Positions 51,303 through 61,333 are shown, counted from the whole stretch's first letter. The stretch is DNA of 62,097 nt, filler included, from Acidimicrobiia bacterium (GCA_046759765.1; 6 parts of 6 records of this genome joined end to end with filler, not necessarily neighbours in it), one strand, 5' to 3'. Notes: a model not told the origin generated them from the sequence alone. Program-made: numbers and translations.

Positions 51303-51342
51303 TCAAATTGCAGAGAATGTCAACCGATCGAAAGGAGAACCC

Positions 51343-51411
51343 ATGAAGCGGTTCAGGGTGCCACGCGTGGCTCACTGCTCAGAGGGCTGTTGTAGCCGGT
51401 CCCAGGCATGA
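51343..51411 (+). CDS. Putative 22-aa Cys-rich micropeptide MKRFRVPRVAHCSEGCCSRSQA
   Basis: GAAAGGAG RBS 5 nt before ATG; lies between merA stop and terminator. Confidence 0.5.
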   Translation: MKRFRVPRVAHCSEGCCSRSQA

Positions 51412-51432
51412 CAAGAAAAGGCCCTAAGCAGA

Positions 51433-51463
51433 CCGGAGGGAGCGTCCAATAGCCTCCCTCCGG
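51433..51463 (+). terminator. Intrinsic terminator-like hairpin after merA and the micropeptide
   Basis: CCGGAGGGAG / CTCCCTCCGG 10-bp stem followed by CATTT. Confidence 0.7.
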
Positions 51464-51871
51464 CATTTCACATTGAGCATCTGTCAGGAGGGGCTCGGCG
51501 CACGCCGCAGGGACTTGCGCTGGCCCAACCATGTTTCAGCCCGGCGCCGGCCCAGCCGAGTCGTAACCGAGCTCGTCGGCGCCCGATATCAGCAGGTCCA
51601 TGCGAGTACACATCTGGCGCCGATGGCCTCGCCTAGGAGTGCGGCAGCCTTCCCAAACCGCGAAAGACCTATTGCCATAATCAGCCGCGGGCCCGATCGA
51701 CACTCGAACTCTTGCCGTGGTCGAGCGCAAGCCCCAGCATTTCGGGGTGTCCGTCAAGTGTCCGTGAGAGAACCGAAAACGACGCAAACGGACGCAAACT
51801 ACTGAAAGCCGAAATCCCTTACAGGACAAGGAAGAATCCGGAAAGCGCCAGGTAGGGAACCTGGCCCGATG

Positions 51872-51920
51872 TTCCTTGACGCGGAAGAGGTCAGAGGTTC
51901 AAATCCTCTAGCGCCCACCA
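51872..51920 (+). mobile_element. tRNA-Val(GAC) 3' fragment, probable att site of an integrative element
   Basis: TTCC-TTGACGC-GGAAG-AGGTC-AGAGG-TTCAAAT-CCTCT-AGCGCCC-ACCA; D-arm and 5' acceptor strand absent; short direct repeats upstream. Confidence 0.85.
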
Positions 51921-51926
51921 GTGAGA

Positions 51927-52026
51927 NNNNNNNNNNNNNNNNNNNNNNNNNNNNNNNNNNNNNNNNNNNNTTAATTAATTAANNNNNNNNNNNNNNNNNN
52001 NNNNNNNNNNNNNNNNNNNNNNNNNN
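51927..52026. other. Artificial contig linker
   Basis: N run + TTAATTAATTAA + N run. Confidence 0.99.
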
Positions 52027-52131
52027 TGGTGGCTGTGTCGCCGGCGGCTCGGTTTCCACTGTTTCCTCGCCGCAGGCCGCGGCAATTAGGGCAAGTACGG
52101 CGAGAAGCGCCGCCCATCGTCGTAGTTTCAT
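52027..52131 (-). CDS. N-terminal fragment of a lipoprotein (possibly substrate-binding)
   Basis: MKLRRWAALLAVLALIAAACG lipobox; GGGGAG RBS. Confidence 0.75.
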
Positions 52132-52207
52132 TTCTCCCCCAAAGGTTGTCTTATGGAGCTGTTTTCCGCTGAGGGGACTCTCCGCGCTCAGCGAAAGCGG
52201 CCCCACG

Positions 52208-52777
52208 TTAGTCCCGCGGCATCCAAGAGCGCTCCAAACGCGCCACCGTGTCTCGAAACTCCTCCCAGGTCGCCACATCGACCACTCCGGGAAGCGGGTC
52301 GTTCCAGGGCCTGACATAGCGGCAAGCCGTGGCTTCGGGCCGGTGTTTTCTGAAGCCCTTGAGGATGTGGGGCGCATCATCCAGGTAGACGTCACAGGCC
52401 ACCGTCCACTTGTCGTCGAGTATGTGAACCTCGTGAGTCGGAACGGCCTGATCCGCGATCCAGGCAAACGTTTCGTGCACTGCCCAGGGCGGCTTGCTGG
52501 TGAGAATCACTATGTCGTGTCCTCTGCTGTCGAGATGCTCGAGGGTTTCGATCGCCCCCGGGTAGGCATCGAGGTGACGAAATATTGAACCGTCTCCAAG
52601 ATCGCGCGCCCAATGCCAGAAGTCGCCCATCGACCGAAAGTGGGTCTCCGCGACCAATCCGTCCCATGAGTCAACGGACTCGTTGTGGAGTTCAGTGCCG
52701 AATTCTTGGTTGTAGCGGTCGATCCAGCCCTGGTTGAAGTCGGCGACCACGCCGTCGAGATCGATTCCGAGACGCAC
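52208..52777 (-). CDS. 5'(3')-deoxyribonucleotidase NT5C family (HAD)
   Basis: GIDLDGVVADF, YLDDAPH, RPWN. Confidence 0.88.
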   Translation of the reverse strand: MRLGIDLDGVVADFNQGWIDRYNQEFGTELHNESVDSWDGLVAETHFRSMGDFWHWARDLGDGSIFRHLDAYPGAIETLEHLDSRGHDIVILTSKPPWAVHETFAWIADQAVPTHEVHILDDKWTVACDVYLDDAPHILKGFRKHRPEATACRYVRPWNDPLPGVVDVATWEEFRDTVARLERSWMPRD

Positions 52778-52834
52778 GATGCCAAGAGGGTATGTCCGAA
52801 AGTCTGAGTAGCAAGTACCGACTAGCTGACGGCC

Positions 52835-54433
52835 TTAGGAATGCGTCTCCACCGCCGCGACCAGTTCCGGTACTCGCCTGGCCATCAGAATGGCGGATAC
52901 CCGAAGCCCGATCCAATAGAACAGTCCGCCCCAGAGCACGGCACCCAAGGAGACCAGGACAGGGTCGGCAAAACCCCACACGACCACAATGAAGGCAGCC
53001 GCCACCGGCACGAGCAGTAGCCCGATCACCAGGAACGCGAAGGCCTGGGAGATGACGGAAAGACAGCCCTGCTCGGTTGCCTGTGCGAACAGGTCGCTTC
53101 CAACTGGTGGCAGTCGAAGTGGTGCCATGACGGAGACCACGTTTCCAACCGCCAGCTGACAGCCGATCGCGGTCAACGCAACGGGTATCGCCAGCGGTAA
53201 CCAGTGCCACCCTCCACTAATGGTGGCGAGTGCTGCCGACATGACCATGCCCTCGACGAGCAGTGCGGTAGCGGCCGCCTGGTTCTTGCCGGCCAGTACG
53301 ACACGGGCGTCGACAGGAAGAGCGAACAGGAAAGATGCCGAGTCTCTCTCCCAGCCGATTTGGTTAAGCGTGATGGGCAGTCCGATGAACAGGACCACGA
53401 GCGGTCCCGCCATCGTCAGCCAGGGGATCCGATAGAAGACTTCGAGCTGTGCTGTACCCAGCAGTAGGGACGCGGCCAGCAGGCCGACGAAGACCGCGCC
53501 TCCGGTCCACACCATGCGCATTCGTGGGTCCCGCAGATAGGTCCTCAGCTCTTTGTCAACGACCGCCAGGGTCGGGGAACGTACTCCGAGACGGGTACGG
53601 CGGCGAGATGCTCGCCGGTTGGAGAGCGAACTGCCGGTGGGGTTGGTGACCAGACGATTGATGACCCTGCTCCACAGCCAGGTGAGGCCGCCGAGCCACA
53701 GGACCGCGGACGCCAGACTCAGAATGGCCGTGAGGATGTCGCCTTCGGCGGACGCGGTGATCACCCGTTGTGCGGATGCAGGCGGCACCAGGTACGACCA
53801 AGGTGAAAGCGGCTGTGCCATCACCGCGCCTTCGAGGCCCAGATCGGCAACTCTGCTCGATACCGTCTGGTAGAGCGCATAGATGCCGAGGCCCATAGCG
53901 GCGACGAGTAGGAAGGCAAGGTCGCGTCCTCGCCGGTAACGGAGCCCGAGCGAGACCAGAGTTGTGAAGGCCTGACCCCCGGCGATCAGCAGCAACAGCA
54001 AGACGGCCCCTCCTGCAAGGGTCAGAACCATCGAAGCCGGTGTGGCGAAGGCCGCCACGTCCGCGGCCAGAACCGCCAACGGAACCAGAATGGTGATGGT
54101 GATAAGGCCCGAGGCAGTCAGGCCCGCCATTATCCGGCTTCGTGACCACGGCATCAGCGAGAGCTTGATCGGATCCAAAGGCTCATCTAGCGGGAAGAAC
54201 AACACCGGCATGACCACCCAAGCCACCCAGCCGATTGTTATGACCCATAACGAATACTCTTCCGCCGCGGGAGGAGACAGCGCACTGGCCCGTTCGTAGA
54301 ACGAACTGGCAGCCCACCATCCAGCCGCTGCCAGCAGAACGGCCATCACAGGAAGCCCGAACCGTCGCTGCCGATCGCCTCTCAGGCCGTTACGAAGCAA
54401 TCGCCATTTGAGGGCTACGAGCTGTGCAGCCAT
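52835..54433 (-). CDS. ABC-2 type transporter permease
   Basis: LKWRLLRNG, KELRTYLRDP, multiple TMs; downstream of the ATPase. Confidence 0.85.
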   Translation of the reverse strand: MAAQLVALKWRLLRNGLRGDRQRRFGLPVMAVLLAAAGWWAASSFYERASALSPPAAEEYSLWVITIGWVAWVVMPVLFFPLDEPLDPIKLSLMPWSRSRIMAGLTASGLITITILVPLAVLAADVAAFATPASMVLTLAGGAVLLLLLIAGGQAFTTLVSLGLRYRRGRDLAFLLVAAMGLGIYALYQTVSSRVADLGLEGAVMAQPLSPWSYLVPPASAQRVITASAEGDILTAILSLASAVLWLGGLTWLWSRVINRLVTNPTGSSLSNRRASRRRTRLGVRSPTLAVVDKELRTYLRDPRMRMVWTGGAVFVGLLAASLLLGTAQLEVFYRIPWLTMAGPLVVLFIGLPITLNQIGWERDSASFLFALPVDARVVLAGKNQAAATALLVEGMVMSAALATISGGWHWLPLAIPVALTAIGCQLAVGNVVSVMAPLRLPPVGSDLFAQATEQGCLSVISQAFAFLVIGLLLVPVAAAFIVVVWGFADPVLVSLGAVLWGGLFYWIGLRVSAILMARRVPELVAAVETHS

Positions 54434-55191
54434 TCCAAGCCAACTTCAGACTCTTCTGCTCCCACGGCGGCGAGGAACGCCTCTTCGATGGTCTTGGCGC
54501 CATAGCTGGAGCGGAGTGTCTCCGGCGTTGCATCGATAAGGAGCCGGCCGTGATTCATGATGCCAACCCGGGTGCAGAGCTTCTCAACGAGCTCCATGAC
54601 GTGGGAGGAGAACACGACGGTGGCTCCTCTCTCTGTGTAACGGACAAGCAGGCTCTTGATGAGCCGAGCACTCACTGCGTCTACCCCCTCGAAGGGCTCG
54701 TCCAGGAATAGAACCGGGGGAGCGTGGATCACAGCCGCGGCAAGCGCCGCCTTCTTCCGCATTCCGCGTGAGTAATCGGCGATCAGCTCGCCGGCGGCCT
54801 CTTGGAGATCGAGTAGCTCCAGCAGCTCCGATCGTCGGCGAGCCGCATCCGACTTGGGAATCTCGTGAATCGAGGCCACGAAGTCGAGCAGCTCGTTGGC
54901 CGTGATACGTTCATAAAGATTGAACTCTTCGGGAAGTACCCCGACCATGCGGCGAATCTGGATCGGATCGGCCCACGTGTCGTACTGACCTATCCCGGCA
55001 GTGCCGCTGGTGGGTCGAAGCAGACCGACGACCATTTTGATCGTCGTGGTCTTGCCGGCCCCGTTAGGTCCTAGCAGTCCGTAGAAGGAGCCCGGGGGTA
55101 TCTCCAGGGTGAGATTGTCGACGGCGGTCTTCTTCCCGAACGTTCGGGTGAGGTTGGAGGTCCATATAGAGGTTGCCGAGCTTTCAGTCAT
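54415..55191 (-). CDS. ABC transporter ATP-binding protein
   Basis: GPNGAGKTT, YSRGMRKK, LFLDEP, SSH. Confidence 0.95.
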   Translation of the reverse strand: MTESSATSIWTSNLTRTFGKKTAVDNLTLEIPPGSFYGLLGPNGAGKTTTIKMVVGLLRPTSGTAGIGQYDTWADPIQIRRMVGVLPEEFNLYERITANELLDFVASIHEIPKSDAARRRSELLELLDLQEAAGELIADYSRGMRKKAALAAAVIHAPPVLFLDEPFEGVDAVSARLIKSLLVRYTERGATVVFSSHVMELVEKLCTRVGIMNHGRLLIDATPETLRSSYGAKTIEEAFLAAVGAEESEVGLEWLHSS

Positions 55192-55263
55192 CAGTCATCA
55201 GTCATCAGTCATCGGTAGGGATGAGCATTGAACTAACGACTGATTACTGAGAACTGAAAACTG
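55184..55263. repeat. Heptamer tandem repeats in inverted arrangement
   Basis: (TCAGTCA)x4 at 55184-55211 and ACTAACG-ACTGATT-ACTGAGA-ACTGAAA-ACTG at 55232-55263. Confidence 0.85.
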
Positions 55264-55295
55264 CGCCACTCGGTGGCGCCACTACGATCGCCCTC

Positions 55296-57023
55296 GTGGA
55301 GTATCAGGCCCTCTACCGCAAGTACCGGCCCCAGCGATTCTCGGACATCATCGGACAAGACCACGTCACTCGGACCCTGTCCCGCGAGGTGGATGACAGC
55401 CGCGTTGCCCACGCCTATCTATTCGCGGGCCCGCGCGGTACAGGGAAGACATCCACGGCCAGGATCCTGGCGAAGGTTCTCAACTGTCAGCAGAAAACCG
55501 AAGAGGGTGAACCGTGCGGAACCTGTGCCGTATGCACCGGGATCGCCGAGGGGACGTCACTGGACGTGATCGAGCTCGATGCGGCTAGCCACAACAGCGT
55601 GGAGGACATTCGCGAGCTCCGGGTGGGTGTCAGCACCGTGGCTTCCGTCGGTGGGGGAAAGAGGGTGTTCATCCTCGATGAAGCACACATGCTCTCCAAA
55701 GCGGCCGGCAACGCCCTCCTAAAGACCCTCGAGGAGCCTCCGGAGCACGTGCACTTCGTTCTGGCCACCACGGAGCCCTACAAGCTGCTCGATACGGTCA
55801 GAAGCCGGGCGCAGCGTTTTGACTTTCACCCCGTTGCAGCTGAGGCCATTGCCGCTTTCCTGGAGGAGATCGCCAAGGAAGAGGGCTATGACGCCGAGAA
55901 GGCTGCGCTCATCGCGATAGCCCGCCACGCAAACGGCTTGGTGCGAGATTCACTCAGCCTCCTGGAGCAGGTGGGCGCCCTCGGAGCCGGGTCCGTCAAT
56001 GTGGCCTTGGTCAACTCCGCGCTGGGCCTTGCCGACCGCGAGGCCTTCGACCAGCTTGGCCGAGCAATCTCCACTCATGACGCCCAGGCTGCCCTGGAGC
56101 TGATCTCCACTCTTTCGTCTGATGGAGTGGACCTGCGCAGGTTTGTTTCGGAGGCAATTGCCTTCTTCCGGGGCGTGTTTCTGGCTCATTACTCGTCCAA
56201 CGTCGCCGAGATCACCGACGAGCCGCCTGAGGTCATCGAGGAGTGGCAGCGGGTCGCGGGCTACTTGCCGGCGACCGATGTCTTGCGCACGGTGGACGAG
56301 CTCGGAGAGGCCTTGGCCATGCTCCGAGAGGGCAGGGAGGAGCGGCTGATGGTGGAGTTAGCTGTCCTTAAACTCACGCGACCGGAAGTCTCGGTCGATA
56401 TCCCTTCGCTTGTCGCGCGCGTGGACCGACTGGACGAGAGCGTTCGCAGCTTGCCAAAGGAACCCCCAGCAGCTTCTTCTACCAAGAGGGCGCCAGAGGA
56501 GCAGATAGCTACGGTGGATGTCGGGGACGAGAACCCAGAGGCAGCCTGGCCGGACGCGGAAACAATGGCCTCGGAGGCGCCGGACTCAAAAGAAACGCCT
56601 GCAGACGAGTCGGAACTAACGATCGAACAGGTCGAGAAGATATGGCCAATGCTGTTCTCGGCCGTTCGGGACGATCTGGGGCCCAGGAATCAAGCTTTCT
56701 TCCGCGAAGCACGGCCAGGTGGCGTGAGAGATTCGGTCATCGTGCTTCATCTGCCCCCTCACCTCGACTTCCACCTCGAACAATTGCAGACGTCAGCCCC
56801 GGTTCAGGAAGCCGTGGCGAGGCGAGCGTCTGAGCTGCTGGGACGGGAGGTTCAGGTCGAGTTCGAGCCCGGTCTGGAGCACCAATCCGTCGACGATGAG
56901 GCGGAGAAGGCGCCCGATAAGGACTCCCTTCCCGAGGCACCGGCGGAGGCCCTCGACCCCACCCGCCTGGTCGAGGATCTGCTCGGCGGGCAGGTCGTCG
57001 AGGACGCGTCGGCAGACAGCTGA
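55296..57023 (+). CDS. dnaX: DNA polymerase III subunit gamma/tau
   Basis: YQALYRKYRPQ, GPRGTGKTS, ELDAAS, DEAHML, LLKTLEEPP; TACGAT -10 seven nt before GTG suggests leaderless transcript. Confidence 0.97.
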   Translation: MEYQALYRKYRPQRFSDIIGQDHVTRTLSREVDDSRVAHAYLFAGPRGTGKTSTARILAKVLNCQQKTEEGEPCGTCAVCTGIAEGTSLDVIELDAASHNSVEDIRELRVGVSTVASVGGGKRVFILDEAHMLSKAAGNALLKTLEEPPEHVHFVLATTEPYKLLDTVRSRAQRFDFHPVAAEAIAAFLEEIAKEEGYDAEKAALIAIARHANGLVRDSLSLLEQVGALGAGSVNVALVNSALGLADREAFDQLGRAISTHDAQAALELISTLSSDGVDLRRFVSEAIAFFRGVFLAHYSSNVAEITDEPPEVIEEWQRVAGYLPATDVLRTVDELGEALAMLREGREERLMVELAVLKLTRPEVSVDIPSLVARVDRLDESVRSLPKEPPAASSTKRAPEEQIATVDVGDENPEAAWPDAETMASEAPDSKETPADESELTIEQVEKIWPMLFSAVRDDLGPRNQAFFREARPGGVRDSVIVLHLPPHLDFHLEQLQTSAPVQEAVARRASELLGREVQVEFEPGLEHQSVDDEAEKAPDKDSLPEAPAEALDPTRLVEDLLGGQVVEDASADS

Positions 57024-57065
57024 GGGCTACCGGCCAGCCTCGGCCCCGGTGATAGGGTGCCGGCC

Positions 57066-57386
57066 GTGAGCATGAATCCCAAGGAGCTGCAGCGGATCCT
57101 CCAGCAAGCTCAGAAAGTGCAGGAAGAGCTGGCTGTGGCCCAGGAGGCACTCGCGGCGCGTACCTTCGAGGGCAGTGCCGGCGGAGCTGCCGTCGTGGCC
57201 CATATGACCGGCGCGGGCGAGCTGACCGGAGTCGAGATCGATCCCTCCGTGATCGATCCTGATGATGCCGAGATGTTGGGGGATCTGATCGTGGCGGCGG
57301 TGAACCAAGCCCGCGAGGAGGTGGGAAAAGCCACCGATGAGGAGATCGGCGGGCTGGCCGGCGGCCTTGGAGTTCCCTTCGGCTGA
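57066..57386 (+). CDS. ybaB: YbaB/EbfC nucleoid-associated protein
   Basis: QQAQKVQEEL, GSAGGAAV, DLIVAAVNQA; between dnaX and recR; start could be 57072. Confidence 0.93.
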   Translation: MSMNPKELQRILQQAQKVQEELAVAQEALAARTFEGSAGGAAVVAHMTGAGELTGVEIDPSVIDPDDAEMLGDLIVAAVNQAREEVGKATDEEIGGLAGGLGVPFG

Positions 57387-57979
57387 TGTTCGAGGAACCG
57401 CTTCAGCGTCTGATTGACGAACTCTCGCGACTGCCGGGGATCGGCCCCAAGTCGGCCTCCCGTCTGGCGTTTCATCTACTGGCCACCGATCGGGAGGACG
57501 CCTCACGGTTGGCGAAGGCGATCGTGGACATGCGCGAGCAGATCCACCCCTGCCGTCGGTGCTTCAACGTGACAGGTGAAGTGGAGTGCTCGATCTGTGT
57601 GGACTCTCGGCGCGATCCGACCATTGTCTGCGTTGTGGAACGAGCCCAGGACATCGCCGTACTCGAGCGGACGCACGAGTTCCATGGCCGGTATCACGTA
57701 CTGGGCGGGTCCCTCTCTCCGATCTCTGGAGTGGGTCCCGAGCAGCTGACGATCGCGGAGCTGGGTAAGCGCATCCCGGATGAGGGAATCAAGGAGCTAA
57801 TCATTGCGACCAACCCCACGGTGGAGGGTGACACCACCGCCATGTATTTGGCTCGGGAGTTCAAACCGGCGGGCGTCCGAGTCACGCGCCTGGCCAGCGG
57901 TCTTCCCGTCGGAGGGGATCTGGACTTTGCTGACGAGCTGACGCTCGGAAGGGCTCTCTCGGGCCGGCTCGAGATGTAA
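57386..57979 (+). CDS. recR: Recombination mediator RecR
   Basis: LPGIGPKSA, CRRCFN...CSIC, ATNPTVEG, ASGLPVGGDL. Confidence 0.97.
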   Translation: MFEEPLQRLIDELSRLPGIGPKSASRLAFHLLATDREDASRLAKAIVDMREQIHPCRRCFNVTGEVECSICVDSRRDPTIVCVVERAQDIAVLERTHEFHGRYHVLGGSLSPISGVGPEQLTIAELGKRIPDEGIKELIIATNPTVEGDTTAMYLAREFKPAGVRVTRLASGLPVGGDLDFADELTLGRALSGRLEM

Positions 57980-57984
57980 GGGCC

Positions 57985-58626
57985 TTGCGCCACATCGTCT
58001 GGGATTGGAACGGGACCCTCTTCGACGACCTGGAGATAGTCGTCGACTCGGTGAACACCGCCCTCGTGCTCGTGGGCGCTCCGCCTATCACCGTCGATCG
58101 ATACCAAAGCCACTACACACGACCGGTGTCGTTGTTCTACGAAGAACTGCTCGAGAGACCCGTGTCACAGGAGGAGTGGCATCGCCTCGACGTCGCCTTC
58201 CACGACCACTACGCCGCGGTCCTCGATCAGGCCACCCTTGCACCCAATGCCACCGAAGCACTCGAGCTCGTCGATCGCAGCGGTGCGTCGCAGTCTCTGC
58301 TTTCGATGTTTCTGCATGACGAGCTCGTTGAGCTAGTGGAACGGCTCGGGATACGTCGGTACATGAACAGAGTGGACGGTCTGCGGGGGATCAGAGGGGA
58401 CCGCAAGCACCTGCATCTCGAGGAACATCTTGGTGCTCTGGCCACGAAGCCCAGCGAGGTGGTCGTGATCGGAGACGCCCTCGACGATGCGGCCGCGGCC
58501 AGAGCCGTCGGGGCCGCCGCAGTTCTATATGACTCCGGATCGCACCTCCGGGAACGTCTGGAGGAAACAGGCGTGCCGATCGCCGACACCCTCGTCGACT
58601 CCGTAAACCTGGCTCTCGACCTGTGA
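57985..58626 (+). CDS. HAD family hydrolase
   Basis: HIVWDWNGTL, IGDALDD. Confidence 0.9.
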   Translation: MRHIVWDWNGTLFDDLEIVVDSVNTALVLVGAPPITVDRYQSHYTRPVSLFYEELLERPVSQEEWHRLDVAFHDHYAAVLDQATLAPNATEALELVDRSGASQSLLSMFLHDELVELVERLGIRRYMNRVDGLRGIRGDRKHLHLEEHLGALATKPSEVVVIGDALDDAAAARAVGAAAVLYDSGSHLRERLEETGVPIADTLVDSVNLALDL

Positions 58627-58632
58627 CACGCG

Positions 58633-58679
58633 TTCCTGTCAATGTCAGCCGCGTATTCCGCGGTTCAGATTGACAGGAA
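58633..58679. terminator. Inverted repeat between convergent genes
   Basis: TTCCTGTCAAT / ATTGACAGGAA outer stem plus GCCGCG/CGCGGT inner stem. Confidence 0.65.
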
Positions 58680-58684
58680 ACACT

Positions 58685-59668
58685 TCAATCCAGCAGCGCC
58701 GAGATCTCCCGTAGGCGTGCGAGATCGTGGGTCGAGTTCACGAAGCGGATGGTTCCGGTCTTGGAGCGCATGATGAGCGTGTGGGTGCGGGCACCGTCGC
58801 CAAAGAAGCGAACGCCATCTAAGAGCTCGCTGTCGGTCACTCCCGTGGCGGCGAAGAAAACGTTGTCGGAGTCGACGAGATCGCGGATCGTTAGGACTTG
58901 GGAGAGGTCGAGACCGGCTTCGACTGCGTAGCGCTGTTCTGTCTCGTCGCGCGGCCAGAGCTTGGCCTGGATCTCACCTCGAAGGCATGCGAGGGCCCCG
59001 GCGGCGATGACGGCCTCTGGTGATCCTCCGATCCCCAACATGATGTCGATGCCCGTGTGCTGTTGTGCAGTGGCAATGGCACCGGCTACGTCGCCATCCC
59101 TTATCAGGCGCACCCGCGCTCCGGCTTCGCGGCAGGCCTCGATGTGAGGCTCGTTGCGGGGCCGCTTGAGGATCAGAGCAGTCAGATCCTCGACGTCCTT
59201 GCGGACCGCCTGGGCGACCTGCTTGAGGTTGTGCTCGACCGGAGCTTCGATGTCCACTGTCCCGGCGGCCTCGGGCCCCACAGCCAGCTTGTCCATGTAG
59301 ACCACGGATCCCGGGGCGTACATGCTTCCCCGTTCGGCCAAGGCAATGACCGCTATCGCGCCGAGGGCCCCTTCGGACGTGATTGTGGTCCCGTCAACCG
59401 GATCCACGGCGACATCGACGGCTGGTCCTCGACCGGTTCCAACGGACTCGCCGTTGTACAGCATGGGAGCGTGGTCCTTCTCGCCCTCCCCGATCACGAT
59501 GGCCCCGTCGATTTCGCAGGTGGAGAGGATAAGCCGCATCCCGTCGACAGCCGCTTGGTCGACGGCCTCTTTGTCACCCCTGCCTTGCCAGCGGGCCGCA
59601 CCGATCGCAGCCGTCTCGGTTACCCGCGCCAGGTCAAAGGCCAGGTTGTGTTCGGGAGCTTCAGCCAT
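58685..59668 (-). CDS. glpX: Class II fructose-1,6-bisphosphatase
   Basis: [36 protein letters not shown]. Confidence 0.96.
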   Translation of the reverse strand: MAEAPEHNLAFDLARVTETAAIGAARWQGRGDKEAVDQAAVDGMRLILSTCEIDGAIVIGEGEKDHAPMLYNGESVGTGRGPAVDVAVDPVDGTTITSEGALGAIAVIALAERGSMYAPGSVVYMDKLAVGPEAAGTVDIEAPVEHNLKQVAQAVRKDVEDLTALILKRPRNEPHIEACREAGARVRLIRDGDVAGAIATAQQHTGIDIMLGIGGSPEAVIAAGALACLRGEIQAKLWPRDETEQRYAVEAGLDLSQVLTIRDLVDSDNVFFAATGVTDSELLDGVRFFGDGARTHTLIMRSKTGTIRFVNSTHDLARLREISALLD

Positions 59669-60846
59669 TACCCCACCTCGAGGATCAAGGCGTCGCCCTG
59701 TCCACCACCACCGCACAAAGCCGCGGCTCCGATTCCCGCGCCTCGCTCGCGTAATGCTCCAATCAGCGTGACAACGAGCCGCGCTCCCGTAGCTCCGAGA
59801 GGATGTCCAAGAGCCACCGCGCCTCCATTGACATTGACCATGCTGTGATCCAGCCCGAGCATCCTTGCGGACCAGATGGGTACCGCGGCGAAAGCTTCAT
59901 TTATCTCGACAAGATGGAGATCTGAAGGATCGAGGTCAGCCCGCTTGAGCGCCACCTTGAGAGCCTCAGCCGGGCGTTCGTGAAGGGTTGCATCGGCTCC
60001 TCCTATCTGACCGTAGGAAAGAATCTTCGCCAGTATCGGGGCTCCGGCCGCCTCGGCCGCCGTTCGATCTGCCACGACCACAGCCGCAGCCCCATCTGAG
60101 ATCTGAGAGGCGTTACCGGCCGTGATCGTCCCTACGTCCCGAAAGGCAGGATCAAGCTCGGCCAGCGTCGAAGCTGATACGCCTTCCCGCATGCCCTCGT
60201 CTCGCTCGACGGCGACGGTCGGCCCTCGTCGCTGAGGAACAGGTACCGGAACGATCTCCTTGGCAAACACACCCGAGGTGGTTGCGGCCAGCGCGCGCTC
60301 GTGGCTCGCCACCGACCATTCGTCTTGTTCCTCACGACTGATTCCGAGCCGACGGTTGTTCTCATCGGACGACTCACCCATCGTGCACTGGTCGATCGAG
60401 CACCACAGCCCGTCGTGAAGCATGGCGTCAACTAGTTGTGTGTCACCCATCCGCGCGCCCCATCTTGCCTCAGCAGCCAGGTAGGGGGCGTTGGACATCG
60501 ACTCCATCCCACCCGCGACGACGAACTTTGACTCGCCGAGTCTGATCGATCGGTCGCCGGCTGCGATGGCGGCCATTCCCGACAGACACACCTTGTTGAT
60601 CGTCACCGAGGGCACGGTCATGGGAAGCCCGCCCCGAATGGCCGCCTGGCGTGAGGTGATCTGACCCTGTCCGGCCTGGATCACATGGCCAAAAATGACC
60701 TCATCGAATACCGCCGCGTCCAGCCCCGACCGTTCGATCGCCGCTTCGATAGCCACCCCCCCGAGATCGACCGCTTGTAGCGGCTGCAAGGCGCCCCCGT
60801 ACCGACCGATCGGTGTTCGAGCAATTGATGTGATGACGGAGCCCAT
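59668..60846 (-). CDS. Acetyl-CoA C-acetyltransferase (thiolase)
   Basis: [44 protein letters not shown]. Confidence 0.95.
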   Translation of the reverse strand: MGSVITSIARTPIGRYGGALQPLQAVDLGGVAIEAAIERSGLDAAVFDEVIFGHVIQAGQGQITSRQAAIRGGLPMTVPSVTINKVCLSGMAAIAAGDRSIRLGESKFVVAGGMESMSNAPYLAAEARWGARMGDTQLVDAMLHDGLWCSIDQCTMGESSDENNRRLGISREEQDEWSVASHERALAATTSGVFAKEIVPVPVPQRRGPTVAVERDEGMREGVSASTLAELDPAFRDVGTITAGNASQISDGAAAVVVADRTAAEAAGAPILAKILSYGQIGGADATLHERPAEALKVALKRADLDPSDLHLVEINEAFAAVPIWSARMLGLDHSMVNVNGGAVALGHPLGATGARLVVTLIGALRERGAGIGAAALCGGGGQGDALILEVG

Positions 60847-60925
60847 GACGAAACCTTTCCATCCGAATCTACTCGTAGGCAACGCATGGCCGGCAGTCGG
60901 TCATCCGACTTCTAGTCTCAGACAG

Positions 60926-61333
60926 ATGCGGCTACTCAACCTGGATCATGTGGCAATCGCGGTGGAGAACCTCGACCAGGCCGTTTCAGAATATCGGCGC
61001 CAGTACGGCGTCGAACCCCTCTATCGAGAGGTGGTTTCCGACCAGGGAGTCGAGGAGGCGATGATCCCCGTGGGAGGTTCTTACGTCCAGCTCGTACAGC
61101 CGCTCAGGGCGGACACTCCCGTCGGCCGGTTTCTCGCGTCACGAGGTCAAGGACTTCATCACGTGGCCTTCGCGGTCGCGTCGATCGACGACGCTTTGGC
61201 TCATCTCCGTTCGGAGGGAGTTCAGCTGATCGATGAAAAGCCGAGGGTAGGCGGCGGCGGCCACCGAATCGCGTTCGTTCATCCAGGTCAACTGGCCAGT
61301 ACGCTGATCGAACTCGTGGAGCTGGATGCCTGA
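60926..61333 (+). CDS. mce: Methylmalonyl-CoA epimerase
   Basis: DHVAIAV, GLHHVAF, IAFVHP, LIELVE; divergent from the thiolase as in many actinobacteria. Confidence 0.92.
   Translation: MRLLNLDHVAIAVENLDQAVSEYRRQYGVEPLYREVVSDQGVEEAMIPVGGSYVQLVQPLRADTPVGRFLASRGQGLHHVAFAVASIDDALAHLRSEGVQLIDEKPRVGGGGHRIAFVHPGQLASTLIELVELDA

Noticed and set aside
51473..51805. Possible integrase remnant next to the att site
   Set aside because: No convincing R-H-R-Y tyrosine recombinase motifs
10437..52026. Five identical TTAATTAATTAA motifs spaced ~10.3 kb apart
   Set aside because: Embedded in N runs of fixed length: contig-joining linkers, not biology
55192..55295. SRP RNA or tRNA-Ser often found upstream of dnaX
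   Set aside because: Region is short and filled by heptamer repeats; no SRP or tRNA motif
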